From assembly GCA_964494655.1 (NCBI GenBank), contig CAZBRM010000006.1:1-39689 (forward strand): DNA of 39,689 bases, read 5' to 3'. Position numbers and translations under genes: made by a program. The stretch is from an uncultured Candidatus Saccharibacteria bacterium (lineage in GTDB: Bacteria > Patescibacteriota > Minisyncoccia > Portnoybacterales > UBA2143). A model generated the notes under the pieces. The model was not told the origin of the DNA. It did not search any database and saw only the letters and a program-made list of their open reading frames with translations. Numbering within the stretch: the first letter of the stretch is position 1; every line of letters starts with the position of its first letter. Below are positions 1 through 8,368 of the stretch, one piece after another.

Positions 1-35
1 CCGTTCAAAAAAGGTTCGGATTTCGTCAAACAAAC

Positions 36-81
36 GCACAATAAAAAAGACCCGTTTAATCACGGGTCTTTTTTATTGTGC
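36..81. terminator. Intrinsic terminator hairpin at the 3' end of tRNA-Leu(UAA)
   Basis: Perfect 20-bp inverted repeat GCACAATAAAAAAGACCCGT / ACGGGTCTTTTTTATTGTGC with a 6-nt loop and A/T tracts on both sides. Confidence 0.8.
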
Positions 82-162
82 TCGAGGTGGGACTCGAACC
101 CACACGAGATTGCTCTCACATGATTTTAAGTCATGCGCGTATACCAGTTCCGCCACTCGAGC
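79..162 (-). tRNA. tRNA-Leu(UAA)
   Basis: Minus strand GCTCGAGTGGCGGAACTGGTATACGCG-CATGA-CTTAAAA-TCATG, long variable arm, GGTTCGAGTCC; CCA not encoded. Confidence 0.96.
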
Positions 163-174
163 ATTATCATTATG

Positions 175-245
175 AGGTCATGACCGGATTCGAACCGGTG
201 TAAACGGTTTTGCAGACCGTTGCCTAGCCACTCGGCCACATGACC
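175..245 (-). tRNA. tRNA-Cys(GCA)
   Basis: GGTCATG acceptor stem, ACGGT-CTGCAAA-ACCGT anticodon arm, GGTTCGAATCC, U73 discriminator. Confidence 0.96.
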
Positions 246-277
246 ATTGTCTTATTTTATCATTTTTTAAGCAAAAT

Positions 278-610
278 TCAAGATTTATTTTTAGAAAGTA
301 GTTCTTCAATCCTTTGAGCTTTGATTTCTGCTTGGTCAATTTCAAATTTAATTCTAGGAATAGACTTCATATGTAGTCTCTTGTTAAGTTTTTGCTGAAT
401 TTGAAAAATATTTTTATTAATTACTTCTAGCGCTAACTCTTTTTTTTCTTGAGGCAAAACGCTAATTTTAACTTTTGAATGCTTTAAGTCGGGTAATGTA
501 TCAATATCTGTAATGGTAACTAAAATATTATAAAAATCAATTTCTCTCAAAAGCAGCTGGCTTATTTCATGCTTAAGTAATTTATTAACTCTTTTAACTC
601 GCTGGGACAT
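278..610 (-). CDS. rbfA: 30S ribosome-binding factor A
   Basis: R..RVN.LL..EIS N-terminus, TITDIDT..DLK..KV, IP.I.F.ID motifs; directly downstream of infB. Confidence 0.93.
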   Translation of the reverse strand: MSQRVKRVNKLLKHEISQLLLREIDFYNILVTITDIDTLPDLKHSKVKISVLPQEKKELALEVINKNIFQIQQKLNKRLHMKSIPRIKFEIDQAEIKAQRIEELLSKNKS

Positions 611-620
611 TTTATTAATA

Positions 621-2132
621 TTATATTTCTCTCTTTTCCCTTTCTTCTTCGTAAAATTCTAAAATATCTTTTTCTTCAATAACAGTTGTTCCCTGAAATA
701 AGACGCCACATTCTTGATCTTTTGATACCTCTTCTATTTCTTTTTTATCTCTCTGAAGTTGGATTATTTTTCCTTGTCCTACTTTTTTTTCATTGCGAAT
801 AACGTCAATTAAAACGTTTTTTTTGATTTGTCCGTTAATGACTTTTCCTCCGATAACTTGTCTGTCTTTTTGTTTTTTAAATAAAGCGAGAACTTTTAAT
901 TTTCCTAAAGGATGCTTAATTATTTCTGGTTCTAATAATCTGGAAAGCATTTCTCTAACCGCTTGAATAAGTTCGTAAATTATTTCAAAAATAGCAATTT
1001 TTATTTTCCTTTGTTGCGCTATTTGTTGAATAGACGAGCTAGCTTTAACTCTGAAACCGATTATTCTAGCTTTGGCTGATTCAGCCAATTTAATATCAGA
1101 TTCAATAATATCTCCTGCTTCGGCTTTTAAAATTCTTAAAGAAATTTCATCATCAGGAATATTTTTAAGGGATTTTTTTATTGCTTCTATTGAGCCTTGA
1201 ACATCGGCCTTTATAATAATATTAAGAATTTTTTTATCAGGCTCAAATAAAAAAACTTCTTTTTCAGACGAAGAGTCCATCTTTGGCTTGTGTTTCTCAA
1301 TTCTTGCCTGAGCTTGTTCTAAATTATCAAGAACAGAAAACTTTTCTCCTGTTTGCGGGACTTTATTAAAACCAGTGACAATAATAGGCATTGATACGGT
1401 CGCTTTTTCAATAGAGTTAGATTGGAAATCTTCCATTGTCTTTATTTTTCCGTAAGCTGAGTCAGTTCCGACAATATCTTTATTACTCAATGTTCCTTCT
1501 TTGATTAATAAAGTTGCTGTGGCGCCTCTTTGTTTATTATGACTTGATTCAATTACAACTCCTGAAACAGGCGCATCTGCTAAAGTTTTTAATTCTTCCA
1601 TTTCAGCTATTAATAGTATTATTTCTAAAAGTTCGTCAACGCCTTGTCCTGTTTTAGCTGAAAGATTAATAGAAGGGACTTGTCCTCCTAAAGATTCTAC
1701 AATAATTTCTTTTTTTACTAATTCTCCTTTAACTTTTTCAGGTTGAGCCTCTTTTTTATCAATTTTATTCAAAGCTACAATTACAGGAATTCTTGTTTTT
1801 TTAATATGGTCAATAGCTTCTTTTGTTTGGGGTTTTATTCCTTCTTCAGCGGCAATAACTAAAATAGCGATATCAGCAACTTTAGCTCCTCTTGAGCGCA
1901 TGGCCGAAAAAGCTTCATGCCCTGGTGTGTCAATAAAAGTAATTTTTTTATTATTATGCTCTATTTGATAAGCTCCGATATGTTGAGTAATTCCGCCAGA
2001 TTCTTTTTCGGTTATTTTACTTTTTCTAATATAATCAAGAATAGATGTTTTTCCATGGTCAACATGGCCTAAAATAACCACGACGGGCGACTTTGGCTGA
2101 AAATTATTTTGTTGTTTTGTTTTCTTTGTCAT
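621..2132 (-). CDS. infB: Translation initiation factor IF-2, short form without the N-terminal extension (~503 aa)
   Basis: GHVDHGKT, GGITQHIGAY, DTPGHEAF, NKID and KADVQGS motifs; start moved to ATG 2132, just downstream of a predicted promoter. Confidence 0.97.
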   Translation of the reverse strand: MTKKTKQQNNFQPKSPVVVILGHVDHGKTSILDYIRKSKITEKESGGITQHIGAYQIEHNNKKITFIDTPGHEAFSAMRSRGAKVADIAILVIAAEEGIKPQTKEAIDHIKKTRIPVIVALNKIDKKEAQPEKVKGELVKKEIIVESLGGQVPSINLSAKTGQGVDELLEIILLIAEMEELKTLADAPVSGVVIESSHNKQRGATATLLIKEGTLSNKDIVGTDSAYGKIKTMEDFQSNSIEKATVSMPIIVTGFNKVPQTGEKFSVLDNLEQAQARIEKHKPKMDSSSEKEVFLFEPDKKILNIIIKADVQGSIEAIKKSLKNIPDDEISLRILKAEAGDIIESDIKLAESAKARIIGFRVKASSSIQQIAQQRKIKIAIFEIIYELIQAVREMLSRLLEPEIIKHPLGKLKVLALFKKQKDRQVIGGKVINGQIKKNVLIDVIRNEKKVGQGKIIQLQRDKKEIEEVSKDQECGVLFQGTTVIEEKDILEFYEEEREKREI

Positions 2133-2142
2133 TATATGGCTT

Positions 2143-2171
2143 AAAATAACATTTTTAATAATTTTGGTCAA
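2143..2171 (-). promoter_or_regulatory. Sigma70-type promoter for infB
   Basis: TTGACC-N17-TATTTT with extended -10 TG, 10 nt before ATG 2132. Confidence 0.5.
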
Positions 2172-2217
2172 ATAAAAACAAGCCATCATAGCTCATTTTT
2201 TAGTTTTTGGTCTTAAT

Positions 2218-2706
2218 TTATTTTATTCTCACCCCGGCTTTTTTTAGCGCTTCAATTTCTTCTTTTGAGAGGGGATATTTTGATTGGCCGAATTCAATTG
2301 GCTTGGTATATACTCTTGTACCTTCTCTTGTGAATAAGCTGGAAATTATCAAGCCGTTGTCATTAGAATCAAGCATGGCAATAACAAAACTTTGGTCTCC
2401 ACCAGTTTCTTTAAAGGGATTAAAACGGATAACGCTGACTTTTTGTATAGTTTTTTTAGTTATCTTTTCTAAATTTTTTGATATTTTAGAAAGTTCTAAT
2501 ATATCGCTTTCTGCTTTTTTCAGTCGTTTGATTTCCTCAAAAAGCACACCCTCTAAATCAGTTGCTTTTTTACCGTTGAAAAATGTTTTTAATTTCTTTT
2601 TAATCTGCCAAATTTTCAAATTTAGCAGAATATTCCAAGCGATTAACAAAATTAAAGCAGTTATAAAAAGAAATGTAATTTGATTGTTTATTAAAAAGTT
2701 GGTCAT
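2218..2706 (-). CDS. DUF4446-family membrane-anchored protein
   Basis: N-terminal TM helix, coiled coil, then IQKV..IRFNPF.ETGGDQSF..A.LD...NG..ISS...R..TRVY.KP. Confidence 0.8.
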   Translation of the reverse strand: MTNFLINNQITFLFITALILLIAWNILLNLKIWQIKKKLKTFFNGKKATDLEGVLFEEIKRLKKAESDILELSKISKNLEKITKKTIQKVSVIRFNPFKETGGDQSFVIAMLDSNDNGLIISSLFTREGTRVYTKPIEFGQSKYPLSKEEIEALKKAGVRIK

Positions 2707-2713
2707 AAAATTG

Positions 2714-2799
2714 CGGAGAGGGTGGGATTCGAACCCACAAGCCGCAAAGCGACGCCGCTTTTCGAGAGCGGTTCCTTAGCCAATTCGGAGCACCTCTCC
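2714..2799 (-). tRNA. tRNA-Ser(CGA)
   Basis: GGAGAGG acceptor, CCGCT-CTCGAAA-AGCGG anticodon arm, long variable arm, G73. Confidence 0.95.
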
Positions 2800-2817
2800 A
2801 TTAACAGAGTCGAAGGG

Positions 2818-2890
2818 TGGGCGGTAGAGGATTCGAACCTCTGACTTTCTGGGTGTAGACCAGACACTCTAGCCGCTGAGTTAACCGCCC
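2818..2890 (-). tRNA. tRNA-Val(UAC) with atypical C33
   Basis: GGGCGGT acceptor, TCTGG-TCTACAC-CCAGA anticodon arm, AGAGG-TTCGAAT-CCTCT T arm, A73. Confidence 0.9.
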
Positions 2891-2948
2891 AATAATAATA
2901 TCTTATCAGAAATTGTTAAAAAACTCCAGTTTTTGTTATAATAAATCT

Positions 2949-4148
2949 ATGTTGGAATCTTTAGAAAAAAAGTATTTTAATAAGTCCCTATCAAAGGGAT
3001 TTGTCCGTTTATATACAGGGAAAACAATAGTCATGATTGCTTCTGCTATGTTGGGCATATTTTTGCCTATTTTTTTATATAATCTTTTCAATAAAAATTT
3101 TCAGGCAGTAATTATTTATTATGGACTTGGATATTTTCTTTACGGAATTACTGTTTCTTTTGGAGTAAAATTTTTAAATAAATTTGGGTTTAGAAATGCT
3201 TTACGTGCAAGTGTTGTTCTAGGAATAATTTTTTATATAATTTTTTATTTTATAGATCAGAATAATTTAAAATACTTAATCCCTTTTTCTATTTTAATTC
3301 TTGTTTTTTATCGTTTGTTTTATTGGTTGCCCTACCATGTTAATTTTGCAAAATTTACTAATAAAAAAACAAGAGGCAGGCAAGTTAGTATTATTGAAGC
3401 AACTCGTTCTATTTTAGGAATATTTATTCCGCTGATAGCCGGGCTTATTGTTAGTTATTTTGATTTTGATGTTCTTTTTGTTATTGCAATTATTCTTTAT
3501 TTTATTTCCGGTATTCCTTATTTAACAATTACAAAAACCAGAGAAAAATTTGTCTGGACAGTTAAAGAAACATGGAGATATTTTTTTTCAAAAAGGAGAA
3601 GAAAAACTGTTTTAGCTTATATGGCCGATGGAGCTGAAAATGTAATTGGAATAGTTGTTTGGCCAATTTTTATTTATCAACTTTTAGACGGCGATTACTT
3701 TAAAGTGGGCGCTATTTTTACTTTAATTATTGCTATTTCTGTTGTGGCGCAACTTTTTTTAGGCAAATACATAGATTTAAAAGTTAAAAAAGAAAAAGTT
3801 TTAAAATGGGGGAGTTTCTTGTATTCTTTTGGATGGTTAATTAAGATTTTTATTTCAACTGCTTTTCAAATTTTTGTTGCTGGCGCCTATCATAGCATTA
3901 GCAGTATTTTTCTAAGAACGCCCTTTGACGCTTTAACTTATGAAATAGCGGCTGATCAAGAGCATTATGTTGATGAATTTACTGTTTTGCATGAAATGGC
4001 TATTCAATTTGGAAAATCCTTAATGGCTATTTTGGTTATTCTTATTTCATTCTTTTTTGCTATTCAATGGGTTTTTATTTTAGCGGCATTAGCCAGTATT
4101 ATTTTAAATCTTTTAGAGAAGAAGAATAGTATAATAAATAAGATTTAG
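2949..4148 (+). CDS. MFS-type multi-pass membrane transporter
   Basis: About 12 hydrophobic segments in two halves; G....NKFG.R and LGKYID loop motifs; ATG 6 nt after TG-TATAAT. Confidence 0.8.
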   Translation: MLESLEKKYFNKSLSKGFVRLYTGKTIVMIASAMLGIFLPIFLYNLFNKNFQAVIIYYGLGYFLYGITVSFGVKFLNKFGFRNALRASVVLGIIFYIIFYFIDQNNLKYLIPFSILILVFYRLFYWLPYHVNFAKFTNKKTRGRQVSIIEATRSILGIFIPLIAGLIVSYFDFDVLFVIAIILYFISGIPYLTITKTREKFVWTVKETWRYFFSKRRRKTVLAYMADGAENVIGIVVWPIFIYQLLDGDYFKVGAIFTLIIAISVVAQLFLGKYIDLKVKKEKVLKWGSFLYSFGWLIKIFISTAFQIFVAGAYHSISSIFLRTPFDALTYEIAADQEHYVDEFTVLHEMAIQFGKSLMAILVILISFFFAIQWVFILAALASIILNLLEKKNSIINKI

Positions 4149-4149
4149 T

Positions 4150-5484
4150 ATGAAAAAAGAAGTAGATTATAAACAGCGTTTTAAGAATAAAAAAATTACA
4201 GTTATGGGGCTTGGGCTTTTAGGTCGCGGGATTGGCGTGGTAAAATTTTTAGCAGAATGCGGAGCTGATTTGTTAGTAACTGATTTAAAGAATAAGAAAG
4301 AGTTAGAATTTTCCTTAAATAAGTTAAAAAAAATTAAAAATATTAAATATGTTTTAGGCAAACATAAACTAGCTGATTTTAAAAAATGTGATATTATTAT
4401 TAAGGCAGCAGGAGTTCCATTTGACTCTCCATACATTAAAGAGGCGCGAAAGAATCATATTCCAATAGAAATGGACGCATCGCTTTTTTCAAAATTATCT
4501 TCAGCAACAATAATTGGAGTTACAGGAACTCGCGGAAAATCAACAGTTACAAATATAATTTATAATTCATTAAAAAAACATTCATTAAAAAACAAGAATG
4601 TTTTTTTAGGTGGGAATATTAGAGGAATCGCTACTTTACCTTTGCTTAAAAAAGCAAAAAAGGGTGATGGTGTTGTTTTAGAGCTTGATTCATGGCAGCT
4701 GCAAGGTTTCGGCGATTCAAAAATAAGTCCTCAGATTGCTGTTTTTACTAATTTTATGTGTGACCATATGAATTATTATAAAGGAGATATGCAGCGTTAT
4801 TTTTATGATAAAGCAAATATTTTTAAATATCAGAATAGAGATGATTATTTAGTTGTCGGCGAACAAGCAGGGCAGGAAATTAAAAAAAGATTTAAAAATA
4901 AAATTAAAAGTAAAATTATTCAAATAAAAAATTATATTCCTAAAAATTGGAAAATCAATTTAATTGGAGAACATAATAAAATAAATATTGCTTTGGCAGT
5001 AGAAGCTCTGAAGATTTTAGGATTAAGTAGTTCTGTAATTAAAAAAGGAGTGGAAGATTATAATGGAGAGCTGGGCCGACTTGAGTTAGTCAGAAAATTT
5101 AAAGGTGTCGCTTATTATAATGATACAAATGCGACAACGCCCGACGCCCTTATGGCTGCGCTAAAAGCTCTGGGTAAGAAAAATATTATTTTAATAGCAG
5201 GCGGGGATGATAAGGATTTGAATTATAAAGAAATAACAGAATTTATTATTAAGACAGTAAAAATATTAATTTTGATTGAAGGGACAGCTACTAATAAAAT
5301 TATTTCATATTTACCAAAGTCGGTAGATGTTGTTAATAGTATGAAAAAGGCATTTAGAAAAGCAAAGAAATTTTCTCAAAAAGGCGATATTATCCTTTTA
5401 TCTCCAGGCGCAGCCAGTTTCGGAGTTTTTAAAAATGAATATGATAGAGGAGAGCAATTTACAAAACTGGTCAGGAGTTTATGA
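4150..5484 (+). CDS. murD: UDP-N-acetylmuramoyl-L-alanine--D-glutamate ligase
   Basis: GLGLLGRG, GVTGTRGKSTVT, ELDSWQL, DHMNYY, YNDTNAT, LLSPGAASF...NEYDRG. Confidence 0.96.
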   Translation: MKKEVDYKQRFKNKKITVMGLGLLGRGIGVVKFLAECGADLLVTDLKNKKELEFSLNKLKKIKNIKYVLGKHKLADFKKCDIIIKAAGVPFDSPYIKEARKNHIPIEMDASLFSKLSSATIIGVTGTRGKSTVTNIIYNSLKKHSLKNKNVFLGGNIRGIATLPLLKKAKKGDGVVLELDSWQLQGFGDSKISPQIAVFTNFMCDHMNYYKGDMQRYFYDKANIFKYQNRDDYLVVGEQAGQEIKKRFKNKIKSKIIQIKNYIPKNWKINLIGEHNKINIALAVEALKILGLSSSVIKKGVEDYNGELGRLELVRKFKGVAYYNDTNATTPDALMAALKALGKKNIILIAGGDDKDLNYKEITEFIIKTVKILILIEGTATNKIISYLPKSVDVVNSMKKAFRKAKKFSQKGDIILLSPGAASFGVFKNEYDRGEQFTKLVRSL

Positions 5485-6785
5485 ATCAAAATATATTTGA
5501 AGAAATAAAAAAAATTCATTTTATTGGCATTGGCGGTATTGGGGTTTCAGCTTTGGCGCAGATGATGCTTTTAAATAAGAAAAAAGTGATTGGTTCGGAT
5601 ATATTAGTCGGGCCTGCTTTGGAACAAATTAAAAAATCAGGCGCTAAGGTTTTTATTGGCCATAAAAAATCAAATCTTGCTAGAAACACAGATATAATTA
5701 TTTATTCTCCCGCTATTAAGCAGGATAATCCAGAATTAATTCAGGCGAAAAAACTAAATATTCCTGTTTATTCATATCCTGAAGCACTTGGATTAATTTC
5801 AAAAAATAAATACACTATTGCAGTTTCTGGAACTCATGGCAAAACTACAACTACAGCTATGTTGGCTGAAGTAATGATTTCAACTAAAAAAAGTCCAACA
5901 ATTATAATTGGCGGTTTCTTAAAAGAACAAAAAAGAAATTTTATTTCAGGTAAGAGTAAATATTTTATAGTTGAGGCCTGTGAATATAAAAAATCATTTC
6001 TTAATCTTTTTCCAGATATTTTAATTATTACTAATATTGACAATGATCATCTGGATTATTTTAAGAATATTAAGAATATTCAAAATGCTTTTGCTAAATT
6101 AATTAGTAAAGTTCCTCAAAACGGTTTTATTATTTGCAATTTTAAAGAGCAAAATACAAAACAGGCCTTAAAATTGGCTAAAATAAAAGCGAAAGTAATT
6201 GATTATATTAAAGAGAAAAGACTTAAGTTAGAAATTCCAGGTAAACATAATATTGAAAACGCGCAAGCAGTTTTAGCGGTTGCTAAATTAGTTAATGTTA
6301 AAAAAGAACAAGTTGAGAAATATTTAAAAAAATATCTTGGCGTTTGGCGAAGATTTGAATACAAAGGCAGAACAAAAAAAAGGGCTTTAATTTATGATGA
6401 CTACGCTCATCATCCAGCAGAGGTTAAAGCAACACTCAAAGCAATTAAAAATAAGTTTTCTGATAAAAAAATTATTGTTGTTTTTCAACCACACTTGTAT
6501 TCTAGAACAAAGTTTTTATTAAATGATTTTGCCAAAAGTTTTAATTACGCAGATCAAGTAATTATTACAGATATTTACGCAGCAAGAGAGAAAAAGGATA
6601 AAAGCATTCACGCTAAAGATCTGGTTAAGGCAATAAGAACGAAGGCCGTTGACTCTGTTCAATATATATCAGACTTTAAAGAAATTATTAAATATCTTAA
6701 AAAGAACATTAATAAAGATGATGTAATTATGACCATGGGCGCAGGAGATGTTTATAAAATCGGGGAAAAGTTAATTGTTAAGTAG
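5481..6785 (+). CDS. murC: UDP-N-acetylmuramate--L-alanine ligase
   Basis: IHFIGIGGIGVS, GTHGKTTTT, DHLDYF, DDYAHHP, FQPHLYSRT, MGAGD; ATGA overlap with murD. Confidence 0.97.
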   Translation: MNQNIFEEIKKIHFIGIGGIGVSALAQMMLLNKKKVIGSDILVGPALEQIKKSGAKVFIGHKKSNLARNTDIIIYSPAIKQDNPELIQAKKLNIPVYSYPEALGLISKNKYTIAVSGTHGKTTTTAMLAEVMISTKKSPTIIIGGFLKEQKRNFISGKSKYFIVEACEYKKSFLNLFPDILIITNIDNDHLDYFKNIKNIQNAFAKLISKVPQNGFIICNFKEQNTKQALKLAKIKAKVIDYIKEKRLKLEIPGKHNIENAQAVLAVAKLVNVKKEQVEKYLKKYLGVWRRFEYKGRTKKRALIYDDYAHHPAEVKATLKAIKNKFSDKKIIVVFQPHLYSRTKFLLNDFAKSFNYADQVIITDIYAAREKKDKSIHAKDLVKAIRTKAVDSVQYISDFKEIIKYLKKNINKDDVIMTMGAGDVYKIGEKLIVK

Positions 6786-6798
6786 TGCAATAATAAAT

Positions 6799-6827
6799 AA
6801 AAAACACTAGACTTCAGTGTTTTTTTT
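6799..6827 (+). terminator. Intrinsic terminator after murC
   Basis: AAAAAACACT / AGTGTTTTTT stem followed by a T tract. Confidence 0.65.
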
Positions 6828-6859
6828 GTGCTCTATTCTGAAAATAGTTCGAACACATT

Positions 6860-6878
6860 TCGCCGCCGCAGGCGGCGA
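6860..6878. repeat. Short GC-rich palindrome of the CCGCC-N3-GGCGG family
   Basis: TCGCCGCC-GCA-GGCGGCGA, perfect 8-bp stem. Confidence 0.7.
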
Positions 6879-7030
6879 CGGCAAGCCCCCCAAAATTTGA
6901 GCGGCTTCGCCGAGAACTTTGACAATTTCAAGTTTTTCTATGAGTTAATCATAACTCATTACAGTAAATTTTTCAAGAAAAATGAGCTTGAAAAATTTAC
7001 TGCTCTGGCGACAAATTCTTTTTAGAAAAT

Positions 7031-7060
7031 AAAAAAGAGAGACCTTAATTGTAAGGTCTC
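7031..7060 (-). terminator. Intrinsic terminator after the orphan ORF
   Basis: GAGACCTTA / TAAGGTCTC stem followed by TCTTTTTT on the minus strand. Confidence 0.7.
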
Positions 7061-7078
7061 CCCGTAATGTTTTCTTTA

Positions 7079-7732
7079 CTAGTTAATTTTTTTCGGCCGA
7101 CTTGGCCTAAAACCGTTTTTCCAGATATAGATTGCAATAGACGGCCGGAACTTCTGGGGAGGCGAATTATTTAAGCGAAAACGCTCCGGGTCTTCGCCTT
7201 TGAAAAGCTCGGATCCGAAAAGAACAACAAACTCACGATGCTTAAAGTTATTAGGGTTGAATCGGGCGAAAGAATCTCCTTCAATATTATCCCTCATGTA
7301 TCCGGTTAAGCAAGCTACTTCTCGCTCAAACTGTTGTTCAAACTCTTCTTGAATGATTCTCTCCGTTCGTTTTTTCTCTTCCGGCGTCAGAGGATAGAAA
7401 GCGGTATTTGCAATATATCTGTCAACTTCTTCCTGATTGAGACCGGGTACAAAAAATTCGTAAAGTCGCCAACGATGTCTAAGGATAGGTAAGTTCCAGG
7501 TAGCACCGTCGTGGTAAAGAATAGGTATGGTTGTTGTTGACCCTGATAATTTGTTGTCGAAAGTAGTGAGGTCGGGGTAGTGCCCGCGGCCATAGAAGTA
7601 TCGTGTGCAAACCCAACCGTATTCAATAGTATCTCTTGGGTCAAAGCGAAAAGGTTGTTTTACTCGAGACCAGATTTCCTGTGAGATGCTTTGCGGCTCG
7701 CTATGAGATTTTGAGACAATTACTTCGTTCAT
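7079..7732 (-). CDS. Hypothetical protein (217 aa) in a GC-richer islet next to tRNA-Leu(GAG)
   Basis: Open ORF with strong SD (AAGGAGGTG) and its own terminator; no family recognised. Confidence 0.75.
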   Translation of the reverse strand: MNEVIVSKSHSEPQSISQEIWSRVKQPFRFDPRDTIEYGWVCTRYFYGRGHYPDLTTFDNKLSGSTTTIPILYHDGATWNLPILRHRWRLYEFFVPGLNQEEVDRYIANTAFYPLTPEEKKRTERIIQEEFEQQFEREVACLTGYMRDNIEGDSFARFNPNNFKHREFVVLFGSELFKGEDPERFRLNNSPPQKFRPSIAIYIWKNGFRPSRPKKIN

Positions 7733-7845
7733 TTGATTTCACCTCCTTATTTCTTTTTTTGTGTTAAGGTACAAAAGCTGCATCAATTCAGTCAAAAACT
7801 ACCATTTCCGAAACTTTAAAGTAGTATAGTAAATAACAACACCAA

Positions 7846-7864
7846 CCCCGCACTTGGTGCGGGG
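7846..7864. repeat. Short GC-rich palindrome
   Basis: CCCCGCAC-TTG-GTGCGGGG. Confidence 0.7.
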
Positions 7865-7898
7865 GAGGCGAACCAACGAAATTTGACTTTTCCTTACT

Positions 7899-7985
7899 TG
7901 GTGCCCAGGGCGGGATTTGAACCCGCACAGCCTTACGACCACAAGCCCCTCAAGCTTGCGCGTCTACCAATTCCGCCACCTGGGC
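7899..7985 (-). tRNA. tRNA-Leu(GAG)
   Basis: GCCCAGG acceptor, CAAGC-TTGAGGG-GCTTG, long variable arm, encoded CCA. Confidence 0.96.
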
Positions 7986-7999
7986 TTATTTCTTTTCAG

Positions 8000-8368
8000 T
8001 TAGTGTTTCTTTATTGTTTGGCTGTTTTTAATTTCTTTAAGTCGGGATTTTTTAGCTGATTTATGGCGAATATAGTAAAGCTTAGCGCGTCTGACTTTAT
8101 GCCTTTTAACTACTTCTATTTTTTCAATAAATGGCGCGTGAATAGGAAAAATTCTTTCTACTCCAATTCCCTTGCTCATTTTTCTAACTGTGATAGTCGC
8201 ATTAATATTTTTGCCATGTTTTTTAGCAATAACAAGCCCTTCAAAGATTTGAATTCTTTGCTTATCTCCTTCTTTAATTTTTTGATGGACACAAACAGTA
8301 TTTCCTGATTTAATATCAGGCAAATCTTTCTTTAATTGTTTTTTATTAAATTCGTCTAACTGATTCAT
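8000..8368 (-). CDS. rplS: 50S ribosomal protein L19
   Basis: [21 protein letters not shown]...[18 protein letters not shown]. Confidence 0.97.
   Translation of the reverse strand: MNQLDEFNKKQLKKDLPDIKSGNTVCVHQKIKEGDKQRIQIFEGLVIAKKHGKNINATITVRKMSKGIGVERIFPIHAPFIEKIEVVKRHKVRRAKLYYIRHKSAKKSRLKEIKNSQTIKKH

Noticed and set aside
2207-2683. 158-aa plus-strand ORF and the other antisense shadow ORFs (e.g. 10376-10792, 12296-12721, 14516-14842, 20252-20668, 38192-38698)
   Set aside because: They overlap well-supported genes on the opposite strand and carry no recognisable motifs.
2818-2890. Possible amber suppressor (CTA within the anticodon loop)
   Set aside because: The 5-bp stem centres TAC in a 7-nt loop, the body is Val-like, and TAG is used as a normal stop in the window.
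6828-7025. 65-aa ORF with a poly-Arg run
   Set aside because: The Arg run is simply the GC palindrome translated; there is no SD and the ORF begins immediately after a terminator.
7873-7883. 11-bp match CCAACGAAATT shared with 37650-37660
   Set aside because: Too short to separate from chance in 40 kb of AT-rich DNA, although both copies lie near putative integration sites.
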